NCBI RefSeq assembly: GCF_030684315.1
Contig: NC_081363.1
Location: 67,812,517 to 67,876,516 of the forward strand
DNA length: 64,000 bases
Source: Stegostoma tigrinum
Lineage: Eukaryota
Direction of reading: 5' to 3'
Below the pieces are notes generated by a model. That model worked only from the letters and a program-made list of their open reading frames with translations, had not been told where the DNA came from and ran no database searches. Shown in pieces: positions 35,730 through 50,021 of this stretch (positions are counted from its first letter, which is position 1; the number at the start of each line of letters is the position of its first letter). The position numbers were made by a program, and so were the translations under genes.

Positions 35730-36650
35730 ATGAATTGTTTGAAATGGTTATTTTTCAGATTTCAGAATGGTAATAATTTTCTGCAAGGATCACATCATTT
35801 TTTGATGTATTGGGATGGATATTGGGATACAGGGCAAAATATTGCAATTTATCGTTGTTACTAAACTTGGAAATGTGACAGGCAGACAGGATACCATCAA
35901 ATGAGCGCAACAAGACATTGGTAGTCTAGCCGAGTAGGCTGACAAGGGGCAGATAAAATTTGATGCAGAGAAATATAAGGTAATTCAAATTGCCAGAAGA
36001 CAAAAAGAGAGGTAATATGGATATAATGGCACAGTTCTAGTAATTGTAAGGGATGGTTGTTCATATTTATGATTCTTTAAAGTGGTTATGGCATATCGAG
36101 ATAGCAGTTGTAACAAATTTCGGATCTTGGGCTTCATGAATAAAGACATCAAATAGTAAAGCAGGGAAGGTACTCTGAAACTTTACAAATCTCTGGTTAG
36201 ACCACATCTAAGGCATTGCATTTGTTCAGATCACCACTCATCGGAAGTGTGGGAAGGCCCTTGAGAATGTGTGGAGATTTACCAGAATGATTCCAGAGGT
36301 GGGGCATTTTATTTACAATTTTTAATTGAAGAAGCTGAGTATGTTCCCCTTTGGAACATCAGAGAATAAAGGGGATTTGACAGAGTTGTATAAGATTATA
36401 ACAGGTTTAGGTAAGATAGGCACAGAAAAGCTGTTCCTCGAGGCTGATCATAAATAGATTTGGGAACTGAAATCTTTATTTTTAGGGTCTGCGATTACAG
36501 GGAGAAGATTGACTTTGAAGAAGATGAATGATTTAAATAAGTGAGTAGGAATCAACTGAAATTTGGTGCCCATGAGGGTAGTGGAAGTAGAAAATATCAA
36601 TAAGTTCAAAAGGAATTTGAACAGATGGTTGAGGGAAATAATACAGGACA
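35730..36650 (+). mobile_element. Old CR1 LINE 3' portion
   Basis: Translates to LYKSLVRPHL, DLTELYKIITG, VVEVENINKFKRNLNRWL. Confidence 0.75.
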
Positions 36651-37864
36651 TAGTGTGTGCCATTAAAAATACCACCATAACCCATTTACACAGTTGCAGC
36701 AATGAGGAACAGGAAGAAATTCCTGAAGTTACCATTTTCCGACATGGCTTTTTAAAAACTATTTGTTTATTTCTGTAACAAGACTTGATAAGACAAGTGC
36801 ACAAATCGCACATTTACACAATGCAGCGTGTGAAATCTGAAGATAAGTGGTATAAAGTTGTAGGGCTCTTGAGACAGCTGCAGGGCACTTGAGCCAATGG
36901 GCCTGACTGGATTGTTTGATGGAGAGCTGATGTGAACTGAAGCGACTGAGAGGACTCCGTCCGAGGTGCGATGCCTTTTGGTTCTGCATCACTCTGCACT
37001 TCCACGCCGCTTTGGTGAATCATGGGATACCAATGATAACTGCCAACAAACCTGTGGCTTGTACTTCCCAAACTTTTGAAATGATGGATCTTGACAGCAG
37101 GGAAGTAACACAACAGAAAGAAAGGAGCCAACCATTTATTTTAAAAGTAGACATTTTTAATCACCCCTCAACAACGCAAACTTGCAATCATATTGTGATT
37201 TTAATATTGCCCAAGCCATTTTACAGGAACTCAGGCACACACTTATCAGATGATGTCTTTCCATGAAAACTATTTAATCTGTTGTATCAATGGTATAAAG
37301 GATTAAATGAATAATACATTCTCTAATTAATACAAATTAACTGGGGGAATATAGGAAGAAAAAGAAATTTTGCAGAGGAGGAATTTTTTCAGTGGCTATC
37401 CTTATAATATTGGCTTGACACATTGCATTATAAATTAGCTTTACGTTTACTTTGGCTTCAATGCATTCCCTGCAAGGATTTTTGGTGAGATCAAGGTCAG
37501 ACTATATTACACTAAAGCCCAAAAGATCAGAGGTAGCCAACTCAAGAATCTTGTGGAGGAAGACTGGCCTTTACCCCTGTGCTCTGGGACATGCTGGATA
37601 TTTACTTAATCTTTGAGATTACAAAGAAGACACAGTCATTTGCAACTTGTACTGAACCTAGATCTGAAAGTGAGTATCTTTAATATTCGACTCATAAAGC
37701 TACAAAATGAAACAAAATATGTGTAATTTGAATCAACTGGTATTTTAAAAAAGGAGAAGGAATGAGAATGGATTCTTTGTAGATAGACAAAATATGGGTT
37801 TGTAAAATCATACAAAATAGTAGCAGAAATAGGCCATTCAGCCTGCTTGGGCAGTGATAGTATT

Positions 37865-38212
37865 TTTATTCATTAATAGGATGAGGACATCACTGGCTAG
37901 GCAGTGTTTATTGTCCATCCCTAATTGCCCAGCAGGCAGTTCAAAGTCAAACATATTGCTGTAGGCCTGGAGTCACATGTAGGCCAGACCAGGTAAGAAT
38001 GGCAGTTTCCTTCCCTAAAGGACATTAGTGAACCGGGTGAGTTTTTATTTTGACAATTGATTCATGATCATCATTAGATTTTTAGGTCCTAATATTTTAT
38101 TGAATTCAAATTCCATCTGCTGTGGTGGGATTTAGAACCTGGACCCCACAGAATGTTACCTGAGTCTCAGGATTAACAGTCCAGCAGCAATACCACTAGG
38201 CCACCACCTCTC
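37865..38212 (-). mobile_element. tRNA-derived SINE (family of 60193-60715)
   Basis: Reverse complement is collinear with 60193-60715; head GGTGGCCTAGTGGTATTGCTGCTGGACTGTTAATCC. Confidence 0.82.
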
Positions 38213-40279
38213 CTGTAGTAGTCTTAACTTCACTTACTTGCCTATAACCCTTGACTCCCTTTCCAGCAACAATCTGCTTAACTCTGATTTCCCTGCCATG
38301 TATACAAATTAACTTGATTTAACTGCTTCTCTGTTTATTTGAAAAATGTCTTTTCATTCTGGCCCTTCAGCTCTGCTGCATTCCCTTCCCTACATAGACA
38401 CAGCCTCCTTTGCCAGCTGTCGCTACCTGTGCAGTCCCCAAACACCTCATATTGAACATTCATATGTTTCTGGCTGGCGAAAGGAAACTACACTTGTGCC
38501 AATTCTAAATAATCAAACTGCTTGTCTGATTTTGCATGATGTCAAATAACTCCTCATTCACTGGCTAACTCCAAGTTTATCTCTCAGGAAATTAATATCA
38601 ATATCCATGGGAAGCCGCAAAGGATTTATCTTAGTAATATGGGAATAAAAGAAGGAGGTTATTCTTCCCTTTGTGTCTGTGCTGGCTCTCTGCAAGAGCA
38701 AAATCATGATGGGCAAAGAAGAGTCCAACCTATTTCTAGAAAAAGAGTGTCTGCCTGGGAACATTTTGCCACCCATAATTCTGTTTCATGTCTTTCCTTA
38801 ACACTGAACTTATCATATGTTATTCTCTTCTAGTATTTTGTCTCACTTTGAAATGTGGGTCAGCTTCTGTCTGTCCTGGTACATCCCGTGGCTGCTTATT
38901 CTACATTTTGCAAGTTGTTTGTATCTTAAACACTCTCAATGGCAGGAAAAAAAAGTGACCAGACTGCAAGGGAGCTTTTGTGACGTGCTCAGCAGACATT
39001 CTCAATACTAGATCCATTACATTCAGAAAGCTTACAATGTAACTTGGTGAGCATTTAACATAGGATTAATTTGATCAAGTTACATCCATATACTCATAGC
39101 TTTTCCCCTTTATAACTAATTGCATTGCTTACGTCCCATTAGTTCAGTTCTTTAAAAACAAATGAACATGGACATTTTTTACATCATGAAACAAATAATT
39201 TCTCAAACAGATACTGGTGAAATATTTAAAATCCAATCTACTTGGACATGTTTTAAACTCTAAGGTGTCTGATTCAACAATGAACTTGTTTTCAGCTGTT
39301 CTGAAATTCTACTTTCTCCATTCAATATGAATAGTGTTCTGTTTAGTCAAAGATGCCTTAGCTCTTTGTACAATGCCTCACTGTGTGCAAGTCTGTTAAC
39401 AGCTATACGATACTCCCAGATGTACTTTTACTGGCCACAAGATCCATTTTGATGCCAAATATTGAAAGATTGTATATTTCTTCTGCATGTTTTTGCAAAT
39501 TCCTCACACAGCCAAATATGCATACAAGTAATTTTATACACAGTTCACATTTGGTGCTTTAAAAATGTATTCACTTCTAATATGTTTTAAAGGTGGTTAC
39601 TTGAATGAATTAACACATGAAAAATTCATACACGATAATATACGTTGATTACTGGAAAACTAGGTTAAATTTGACAGCTCAGGCAACTTTTGTGGAAGGT
39701 GGGAAAACTATCAAAGATAATTATTTGTCCGATATATAAACCACCAGTTCCTTAAAATCAACTCTATCATGTGCTTCTTTTAGCAAAAAGATCAGATTGA
39801 AAGTGAAGTTGCAGAGTTAAATGTTAAACTATTTTCACATGAAGCCTGAGGATTAGTTGTTGAATACCAGGAGTGCCAATACCATGGTGAGGCCACATCA
39901 TATTGCTCTGCCTGTAGCTTCTGTTTGGATTTGTTTCTGCAACTTTACTTTGCAGCCTTTTAATGATATGATCTTATTGAGGATATTTGTCTTTATTTCT
40001 GCTGCACGGTCAGTTTGAGGACAGGAAGGAACACGGAACAGATTGAAGTCTTGGTTACCCTGCCATGGATGCATATTTCAAAGAAAAAGTACATATTTAT
40101 ACAGTACTCATTGTAAACAATAAGATATCTCAGGAAACTTGGCTTGCACATAAACGTTAAAACCTTTGGCAGTGGAGTCAGTGGTTCAGAACAGAGTCAA
40201 TGGGCATAAAAATGATTAAAGGAGAGGGTCTTTAAAGAAAGGCTTGAAGCGGTTGATAGTTACATGTTGTATTTATATT

Positions 40280-40540
40280 ATAGAACATATTGAACATAGA
40301 ACAGTACAGCACAGGAATGGGCCCTTCAGTCCACGATGTTATGCCAAACATGATATCAAATTAAACGAATCCCTTCTGCCTGCCCCATTACTGGCATATT
40401 CATATGTTTATCTCAAAGTCCCTTAAACAAACCCTTTTATATCTGCTTCCACCATCACCCCAAGCAGCATGCTCCAGGCACCTACCGTTCTCTCCGTAAA
40501 AAAAAACTTGTCCCTCACAACTCCTTCAAACATTACCCCT
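40280..40540 (-). mobile_element. CR1 3' end fragment
   Basis: (ATAGAAC)n AGTACAGCACAGGAATGGGCCCTTCAG is the reverse of the CR1 tail. Confidence 0.8.
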
Positions 40541-41314
40541 CTCAATGCTATGGACATTGTTACAAGAGGATTTGAACAGGAACATTAGGTCCATTAGGTC
40601 CATTTGAACATTAGGTCTCACATCCTTGAGATTATAAACTCTTCTGCCCTCAAGTCTATATGACAGCATCATAATTGGTGATGCTATGGGACTTCTCAGT
40701 ATTAACCATTTTAGATCTATGTATAACAATTGCAATTCTAGAGGAGTGATATATTGCAGGAATGGTCACTGTATTTAGGGCAGTGAATAAAACATACTCA
40801 ACATAGAAATCAAATTTAATCCCGAAGTTGACTTTTTGCATATGTTTATGAATGAGTTCATGATTTTAAAAAAAGTGAGAAAGTGAATGTCTGAAAAGCT
40901 CAGTGTGTGCAAGACAAATAAGTAGTAGTGAAGTGGGAAACTGACAAGACCAAGGAAATTCACAATCCCCATCTGCAGAGTGTTATCCATAAATACATCC
41001 ATCCTTGTCCCTGATTGGCCATGGATGAGGGTTAAAATGGCAGCCCCTCCAACCCAGTGGGCATGTTTCTCACTGGTGAGAAGGCAGATAGGGCATTGTT
41101 GAGTTGAGGAACTTAATGGCTTTGAATTAAACATTCAAGGTCTTTAGTTGCTGGTAAATTGAGAAGGTCACCAATGGACTTTCTCACCCAGCAGTTAATA
41201 ACTGACCTGGGAAGACTAGTACAAATATCTCCCTAAGACCAACTCACCTCATTAATTCCCCATCCTCCAATCTTCTTTGCTACCTCCAGGGAGGGAAAAA
41301 TTGGGTGGTGGATA

Positions 41315-41570
41315 TGAGGAAAATGGAAAATGGAAAATGGAGAATGAGTGATTGTGAGGGAGCAGAGTCTAAGTGAGAAAATGAAATGTTGAGTGTAAAC
41401 AAGTTGAAGAATGTGTGAAAGGAAATGAGTAGGTGTGAGAAAGGAAACAGTAGGAGAGTGTGAGAAAATAGAAAGTAAGTATGAAAAGTAGAGACTGAGT
41501 GTGAGGAAAGTATGAAAAAGTAAAGTGAGTGAAGAGGAAGTGAGTGCTTGCGTAAAATGTGAGAAAGTTT
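41315..41570. repeat. Purine-rich degenerate tandem repeat (GAGTGTGAGAAAA-like units)
   Basis: Recurring GTGAG/GAAAA units, direct reading. Confidence 0.55.
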
Positions 41571-43129
41571 TGCGGAAACAGTTTGATAACTGTTATCTTA
41601 AGTATCTGTAGCTGCTATTTTAAAATGTAATTTTAATTATTTTCTGAAGTTGAAAAGCAGTTAAACGGCTGATTTAAGATGTTGGCTGCTAAGTTCATGC
41701 ATCGGTGAAGGTTTGATATTGTACTTTGAGGTTAAGCTCTGAAATATTCAAGTTTGGTGTTTGATGTAGAGTGCTCTGGGCCAAGACATTCTTCAAATGA
41801 AGCAATGGGTAGAGTTTCTCTTCCTTACCCCCTAGGCATATATATATTATCATTGAGTAGAAAATAATCCCCATCTTGTGTTGAGCTGTGTAGCTGAGAG
41901 CAAGGCTGTGACAGTTGAATGTACATGTATCTGTGGGAGACTTGAATTGGGGCCATTAAGAATCAGCTCTGGTTAAAATGTTACTTAATGATTATTTGGA
42001 CCACACATGGCTATATGTAATAAATGTTATCTCTTTGTCAAATTTTCATTTATTTTCTGAAACCATACGGTAGATAACTACCCTTCAGAAGCTATAACAG
42101 GAGTATAAAAGTCAAGCCCTTCAGAACCACACCCCTGATTCTAACAGAGAAACAATTCAGGCAGATTCTGATGACAGTTCTTCAATATGATTCTTCAACC
42201 ACCAATCTGTTTATCTTTAATTTATTTAATTTGTGCAGTCAGAAGAAATCATTATTCTGTGTATTTGTCAGTTTATGAATCAAAAACAATAGTAGTGGTT
42301 TCATTCAAAGAGTCTTTATTTTCAACGATATTCATACAAATTGACTTAGACATCTGCTTCTGACGGCAACAATTATGGAACTTTAAGAGGCACCTTCATG
42401 AAAAAAGTGAAGTTACGTTTTTCCTTTGCTTGCAATATTGTGACTTGTCAATAACCTCAATGAATTACAGATGTATAAATGGCTCATTTTTAATATAATT
42501 TGCATCTGTTCTGAGCTGTGTTGGAATAGATTTCCAGTACACAAATAAGCAACTGCTTTTACTCTATTGTAGAGCATTTTTGTGGTAACTCATTGGCACC
42601 TCTGGTACCTTGAGCAGGTTATGAGTTGTTGATGTATGAGCCTTGACAGTGAATTTTGCTTGGTTATCCAAATGCTATTGCATCACAGAGCAGTCCTTAA
42701 CTTTTCAATTCTGATCCAGAATATTAATAGATTGCAATTAGATCTAAATGCTTTGTCATATCCAGACCCAAAATAGCGGTGGATAATTAAGCACCAAAGT
42801 ATGGACATCCTTGCCCTCAGTGATCGTGAAAGCCAGCTCATGAGTGCAAAATGCAGATTGGACCATTTGTAGCCATCTTTACCCCAACAAAAATACACAT
42901 CGGATGATCCTTAAAGATTTCCATGTGAGGTCATCCAGGCCCCCAATCTTCCACTCCCATTCCAGCACAAGTACCAGTGTTTAGAGAATTTGAGTCATCC
43001 CGTGTGTTATCAAATAACAGTTGTGTGCACCAGCACAAGAAGATCACAGGCTCCAACAACATCCAACTGCAGTAACAAAGAGCTGTGCTTCATCATTAGA
43101 CATCTAGCCCAGCTATTATAGTACAGCAA

Positions 43130-43500
43130 GGAGGTCCAAATTCAAATACCACTCCAGAAAGTGAGCACACAAAAGAAAGAGTCAATCCAGTGTAAAACTA
43201 ATACAGCTCCATCGGAAGAGAGATCTTTCAGTTGCAAAGTTATACCGAAGTCCTACCTGCCCTCTTTAATGGATGTAAAAGATCATATGGCATCATTTTA
43301 AAGTTTAAAAAAAAGGTCCAGTGTTTGGACCAATGTTTACCACTTGATCAATAGATTATTCAGCCATTACTATTTGTAGGAGCTTGTTGGGCTTAAATTG
43401 ATTGCTGTATTACCTACAATACAATAGTGACTTCACACCAATGAAATACTTTGAAGCATTCAATGGTTGTGAACAAGCAATTTAAATGAAAGTTCTTTTC
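43130..43500 (+). mobile_element. DeuSINE (SacSINE1/AmnSINE1-like), diverged
   Basis: Deu-domain-like GGATGTAAAAGATCATATGGCA and TTTGTAGGAGCTTGTTGGGCTTAAATTGATTGCTG; L2-like tail. Confidence 0.6.
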
Positions 43501-43669
43501 TTTCTTTCTGCAATACTGACATTTTCCTGAGTAATATGCGCATTTACTATAAAGCAGACAGAAAGGTTCAAAGACAGATAATTATCACCCTAACAGTCTA
43601 CTCCCAGATATCAGAGAGGCAATGGAATGGAAAATAAACATCAAAAAAGTTTTAAAATGACATGAATTT

Positions 43670-44445
43670 AATGTTGCTTTGTCTAGATTCTTCCAGAATT
43701 GCTCAGTCCAGAGTTCATTATAGCCTCTGTCCAATATGGATCTGAATCCCAGAGATAAGGTAAAATAACTGCTCTTTGACCTCAAGGCAACATTTGGCAA
43801 GATGGCACTGATGAGCTTTGGTTACATAGACATCAATGGCGGGGTTGGGGACAAAGTCTTGATTGGCTAAAATAATACCTAACACAAAGGATGATGGTGG
43901 TGGTTGGTAGAAAGTATACATATCAAACCCATGACATTGTTGAGGGTGTTGCTCAGGATTGCACTCTAAGTCTTATCATCTCCAATTGTTTCAAAAATTA
44001 CCTTGTTCCATCATAACACAGATATACGTTTGTTCACTGATGATTGCATAGTGTTTAGCTCTAGTTGTAATTTATTCATGAGATTAAATAGTCTTTGTCT
44101 TCATGCAGCAAGATCTGGACAATAACTAATTGGATAGTTAAGTATCAAGTGACATTTCAATCACAGATGTTCGAAGTAACGATTTTCTTTCATGAGAGTA
44201 AGCGTAATTCGTCTTGACTTTCAAGACTAGGGTTGCCCAGAAACTCAAATTAGCAATCTTTATGGCTGACATGGCAGCTGTGACACTGAGTATTTTGTAG
44301 CAAATGGCTCTCCTTCTGATATTCCTAACGCATTTCCATGATTTATAAACACAATTAGTTTAACAATGGAATCCTCTTCACTTGCTTAGATGAGTGCAGT
44401 TCCAAAAACGCTTCAGGATTTGACATTATCAAGGACAAAGCAGAT
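43670..44445 (+). mobile_element. Old CR1/L2-group LINE RT fragment
   Basis: Translates to ALFDLKATF, GVAQDCTLS, LFTDDC, QQDLDN. Confidence 0.65.
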
Positions 44446-44489
44446 TTTTTTTTGGCTTTTATCACCTTAAATATGCACTCATTAACCTA

Positions 44490-45140
44490 TCTACCACTGG
44501 TGTACCTTTCTTCAGGACTGGGGAAAGGGGAGGGAAGCCCAGAAATAAGTAGAGGGGGTGAGGCCAGGAGGAAGGTGAGATGGAGATAGGTGGATACAGG
44601 TAGTGGGTAATTGTCGTTGTGAAGCATTGTTCCTCCAGTTTATGTTTGGCCTCACTGTGACAGTGGAAGAGGCCAAAGATGGTCATGTCACCAGGGAAGT
44701 GGGAGGGGGAGTTAAAGTGGAACGTCGGGGAGTTAAAGTGGAAAGTCAGATGGTTGGTGTATGCAGAGTGGAGATGCTCTGCAAACCTGTCCCTGAGTCT
44801 GTGTATTATCTCCCTAGTATATAAGAGTCCATATTGGGAGAACGAATACAGTAGATGTGGTTCAATGAAGTGCAAGTGAATCCCTGCCAGATCTGAAAGG
44901 ATCGTTTGGGGCTTTGGACAGATGTGAGAGGAGTGGTGTCGGGGCAGGTGTAGTACTTCCTGTGGTTGCAGGGAAAGGTACTGAGTGTGGTGGAAGGATT
45001 GGCAGGGAGTGTGGAGCAGATGAAGGAGTCACAGAGTGAACAGTCCCTGCAGAAAGCAGACAGAAGTCAATGGGGGGGGGGGGAATACCTTTTTGGTGAT
45101 GGGGTCCGATTGTAGGTGTCGAAAATGTTGGAGGATGATT
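44490..45140 (-). mobile_element. Older PLE 3' fragment (GIY-YIG)
   Basis: ORF 44462-44875 reads RLRDRFAEHLHS...HFNSPSH...GLFHCH. Confidence 0.85.
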
Positions 45141-47369
45141 CTTGTCTCTGGAATTCAGTGTATTTCAATACAATTAGCATGCTCCATGACTTCTGAGTTC
45201 CTTATCAATACAATATGTGTCAGTAATTTCAATAAGGACTGTTTTATATTGTGAGACACTAATCTCATGTGGCTTTCAGCATAAATATGTATTTAATATA
45301 TTACAGTGAACTAACATAAATTATTGCTGATATCTGTCCCACTACTTGGTAATATTTCAAAGCTGCAACATGTTATGCAAAATATATTTTACCACTTCTT
45401 TTTTATTCAGCCTTTTAAAAAATATCAAATTCATTTAGAGAGGAAAAATATGTTTTTAACTTATGAATAACCACTTGGGTGTGCTACTGACACATGTTGC
45501 AAGCCCTAAGAGCAAAACCAAGAATGTATTTACAGTGAAAGGTACGCATTGAAGTTAATTCAGTTTAAACCAACTATAAATAACAGCCAGATAAATGTGA
45601 AAATGTTCATTTTAATGCTTTGCTTGTCGACACTGTTTTGCAAAGAGTCTCCAGCCACTAAGCCCAAAGTATAAAAAAGGAAATGGATTTGTATGCAGAT
45701 GCATAGATCGGCACCTTGCTTTGCTAAAGTACACCACCAATCAAAGAAGAAAAAATGTGCCGAATTATTCCAGTTTAAAAACTTGAAAACTTAAGAAAGT
45801 TCTGCTTTGCTGCTTTCAACTGCTATTTTAATTTATCCTTGTCTTGACACAGAAACTTCAACGGGACGGAATGTGAATTGAAATTGCACCATTAAAATGT
45901 CGGGAGATTCCACTATTGCCCAATGCGGAGTGGCTCCCTGTAAAGTGTGCACTGAGGAATATAGAACATGTCTGCTAAATCAAAATAATACCAGTTAAAT
46001 GGAGTCTGAGGGGAATGCTGCTTCCGAAACTATTTACTTATTCCAGCATTACATCATGTGGGTGGTGCAGTGGCTGTTGTGCCAGATTGTTCCACTCTGA
46101 ATTGGAGATCCAACAAAAATTAAAGTCTCATCTGACACCTGCTCTCGAGTGAACTCCCAGGGTGAGTCTCACTCTTTGAAAGGTTGGCATGCTGGCTGGG
46201 TAAAGGATTTAACACATCCTTTAGACATGTACTCGATAGCTCTGCCAAAGAGCAGCAGTGAAAGTGTCCACATCTGCCAGCTGGACTAACCTAACTTCCA
46301 GACTGATTGGAATAGTAAATTGTTACTGTAAATGGAACATTTTTTATTTTTAATGTACAAACTATCATCATTTTTGTCAGTTTTTTCTGCATAATTCAAT
46401 GGCACTTATGGGTGAGCGATTGCAGTGGTCAGGGCATAGTGATCTAATTTTCACTTGCACAAACTGGTTGCATGATGTGTTCAGCCATACATTTAAAAGA
46501 TATGAAATGATTTTTTAATTTCAGTTGACCGTAGAAAAGCAGATGTGATCCAGGCCTGTAGAGTGAAAACATATAATGAGGTTACTGTGACAAAAATAGT
46601 CATTTTTTTGGTTTTATGTAGTTTGGAAATAGCATGGGTAATTAAATTCAGAAATGACGCTGCTCCATCTGTAGATTCAAGTTGTTGTCCTGAGGTGACC
46701 AGGCTTCAAGAACAGTCAATGTTGTGTAATTGCTCCATATTTAAGTTATAAATGGGAGCTGCTATATTTGAAAGCTAAGTTATGATAACATACCCAAAAA
46801 CACAGAATTGAAAGACCATCCATTTTGATTGATGCACTGACTTCCTTAAACCTGATAAATTGTCAATTGGGAATCAAGCCAATTTTGTCTAAATCATCAG
46901 CTTGATGCTTACCACTCAGGCTAGGAATGACCATGACATCAGTAATAAATAATCATTATGCAATATGTTATCACATTAAAAAAGCTAAAATAGTTTAGAG
47001 AAGACTTAAAATGCTAATATAACTAATAAAGCATTTCAAATGCCACACTATGAATTATCATTATCTCATAATTTTTTTTAGAAAGATATTATAGTGTTTA
47101 GCAGTGGATGTGTTATATCTTATCACAGCTAATGACAGAATGTATTAAGCTATTGGATTGGTGACTGAAAGGTTAAGTAGTTAACATTTTGCCATAGGCA
47201 AAATAATTTGCATTTATGTTAAAAGTGATCAGTCAGCAAAAAATATCAGCTCCAGTTGCTCAGTTTTATTTTCAAATTCATTTCAATTCATTCTACAAAA
47301 TTCAAGATGTGTTCACAGGGTTCACAGTAGCACCTATACTCTTAATATTACTTGTATATTTAAGAAGGG

Positions 47370-47877
47370 AGATGGAACACATCCAGGGAATGATAGTTAA
47401 CTTAAGCCTAGTAATAAGAAAGACAAGAAAATCTTTACTCAAAGGTGCAACAGAAAAAAAAAAGCTCTCAGTGCTGAACATATAACAAATAGTGCAGATT
47501 TCAAGATAGGAATTCATACTTGACCAATCTTCGTGAATTCTTCAAAAGTAGGCAAATATAATGCAGCAAATGTGATACAATTAAAGTTTCAAAAGACCTT
47601 TATATAGAGCTAAGTTTAGAGCATGTGGACATATGGGACAATGTTGCAGAATGGTTAGCAAATGTTCTACTAAAGAGAAAATAATGAGTAGAGATTAAAG
47701 ATAGTCATTCAAATCAGCAGCAGCTGGGCAGTGGTCTTCTACAGGTATCACTATTGGGAGCTGGATTGCTCACTACAACATAAATGATTCAGACTTCAGA
47801 ATCAGAGGAACAATATTGAAATTTGCAAAAGATAATTAACTGGGACATCTAGTTGATACTAAAGAACACTACAATAA
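47370..47877 (+). mobile_element. Old CR1 RT fragment (resumes at ~52190)
   Basis: Translates to LTNLREFF, KFQKTF, SGLLQVSLLG, LKFAKDN; continues after the nested CR1. Confidence 0.6.
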
Positions 47878-48899
47878 ATGTATTGGAGGGTGGTAAATGT
47901 TATTCCACTGTGGAAGATAGGGAATAAGGATAATCCTGGGAATTTCAGATCAGTCAGTCTTACTTCTGTAGTGGGCAAATTATTGGAGAGGATTCTGGGA
48001 GGTAGCATTTATGATTATTTGGAAAAGAACAGTTTGATTCGAGACAGTCAGCACCGCTTTGTGAGGGGCAGATCATGCCTCACAAGTCTTATTGAATTCT
48101 TTGAAGATGTGACAAAATACATTGACGAAGGTAGAGCAGTGGATGTGGTCTATATAGATTTTAGCAAGGCATTCGATAAGGTTCCTCATGGTAGGCTCAT
48201 TTAGAAAGTAAGGAGGCATGAGATCCATAGAAATTTGGCTGTCTGGATACAGAATTGGCAGTCCAATAGAAGATAGAGGGTGGTAGAGTATGGAAAGTAT
48301 TCAACCTGGAGCTCAGTGACGAGTGGTGTTCTGCAGGGATCTGTTCTGGAACCTCTGCTCTTTGTGATCTTTATAAATGGCTAGGATGAGAAAGTGGAAG
48401 GATGGTTTAGTAAGTTTGCCGATGGAACTAAGGTTGGTGGAGTTGTGAAGGGTGTGGAGGGCTGTTGTTGGTTGCAACAGGACATTGCCAAGATACAGAG
48501 CTGGGCAAAGAAGTGGCAGATGGAATTAAACCCAGAAAAGTGTGAAGTGGTTTATTTTGGGAGGTCAAATTTGAATGCAGAATACAGGGTTCATGGCAGG
48601 ATTCTCAGCAGTGTGGAGGAACAGAGGGATCTTGGGGTCCATGTCCATACATCCCTCAAAGCTGCCACCCAAGTTGATAGGGTTGTAAAGAAGGCATATG
48701 GTGTGTTGGCTTTCATTGACAGGGGAATTGAGTTTAAGAGCTGCGGGGCTATGATGCAGATGTATAAAACCCTGATTAGACCACACTTAGAATATTGTAT
48801 CAGAGATAATAGGAACTGCAGATGCTGGAGAATCCAAGATAATGAAATGTGAGGCTGGATGAACACAGCAGGCCAAGCAGCATCTCAGGAGCACAAAAG

Positions 48900-48931
48900 C
48901 TGACGTTTCGGGCCTAGACCCTTCATCAGAG
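48900..48931 (-). ncRNA. Minimal hammerhead ribozyme motif in PLE pLTR
   Basis: Minus strand reads CT-CTGATGA-A-GGGTCTAGGCCC-GAAA-CGTC-AG. Confidence 0.65.
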
Positions 48932-49133
48932 AGGGGGATGGGGTGAGGGTTCTGGAATAAATAGGGAGAGAGGGGGAGGCAGACCGAAGGTGGAGAGAGT
49001 ATAGGTGGGGAGGTAGGGAGGGGATAGGTCAGTCCAGGGAAGACGGACAGGTCAAGGAGGTGGGATGAGGTTAGTAGGTAGATGGGGGTGCGGCTTGGGG
49101 TGGGAGGAAGGGATGGGTGAGAGGAAGAGCCGG

Positions 49134-49850
49134 TTAGGGAGGCAGAGACAGGTTGGATTGGTTTTGGGATGCAGTGGGTGGAGGGGAAGAGCTGGGCTGG
49201 TTTAGGGATGCAGTTGGGGAAGGGGAGATTTTGAAACTGGTGAAGTCCACATTGATACCATTAGGCTGCAGGGTTCCCAGGCGGAATATGAGTTGCTGTT
49301 CCTGCAACCTTCGGGTGGCATCATTGTGGCACTGCAGGAGGCCCATGATGGACATGTCATCTAAAGAATGGGAGGGGGAGTGGAAATGGTTTGCGACTGG
49401 GAGGTGCAGTTGTTTATTGCGAACCGAGTGGAGGTGTTCTGCAAAGCGGTCTCCAAGCCTCCGCTTGGTTTCCCCAATGTAGAGGAAGCCACACCGGGTA
49501 CAGTGGATGCAGTATACCACATTGGCAGATGTGCAGGTGAACATCTGCTTGATGTGGAATGCCATCTTGGGGCCTGGGATAGGGGTGAGGGAGGAGGTGT
49601 GGGGGCAAGTGTAGCATTTCCTGCGGTTGCAGGGGAAGGTGCCGGGTGTGGTGGGGTTAGAGGGCAGTGTGGAGCGAACAAGGGAGTCATGGAGAGAGTG
49701 GTCTCTCCGGAAAGCAGACAGGGGAGGGGATGGAAAAATGTCTTGGGTGGTGGGGTCGGATTGTAGATGGGGGAAGTGTGGAGGATGATGCGTTGTATCC
49801 GGAGGTTGGTGGGGTGGTGTGTGAGAACGAGGGGGATCCTCTTTGGGCGG
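49134..49850 (-). pseudogene. PLE GIY-YIG endonuclease fragment (inverted arm)
   Basis: ORF 49134-49874 reads GTFPCNRRKCYTC...NVVYCIHCTRCGFLYIGETKRR. Confidence 0.88.
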
Positions 49851-50021
49851 TTCCGAGACACCTGCATTCTGCATGCAGATGGCCTCAAGGCCCTCCGCTT
49901 CTTCCTGTCCCGCAGGCCCGACCAGTCCCCCTCCACCGACACCCTCATCCGCCTAGCCGAACTCGTTCTCACCCTCAACAACTTCTCTTTTGACTCCTCC
50001 CACTTCCTATAGACTAAGGGG

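Noticed and set aside
36814-37131. 105-aa minus-strand ORF as a possible terminal exon
   Set aside because: Weak polypyrimidine tract, no recognisable domain and no partner exons found
47878-48244. CR1 starting about where the 17440 copy breaks off, suggesting one split element
   Set aside because: Both copies contain the same downstream region (18397 onward and 48245 onward), so they are separate insertions
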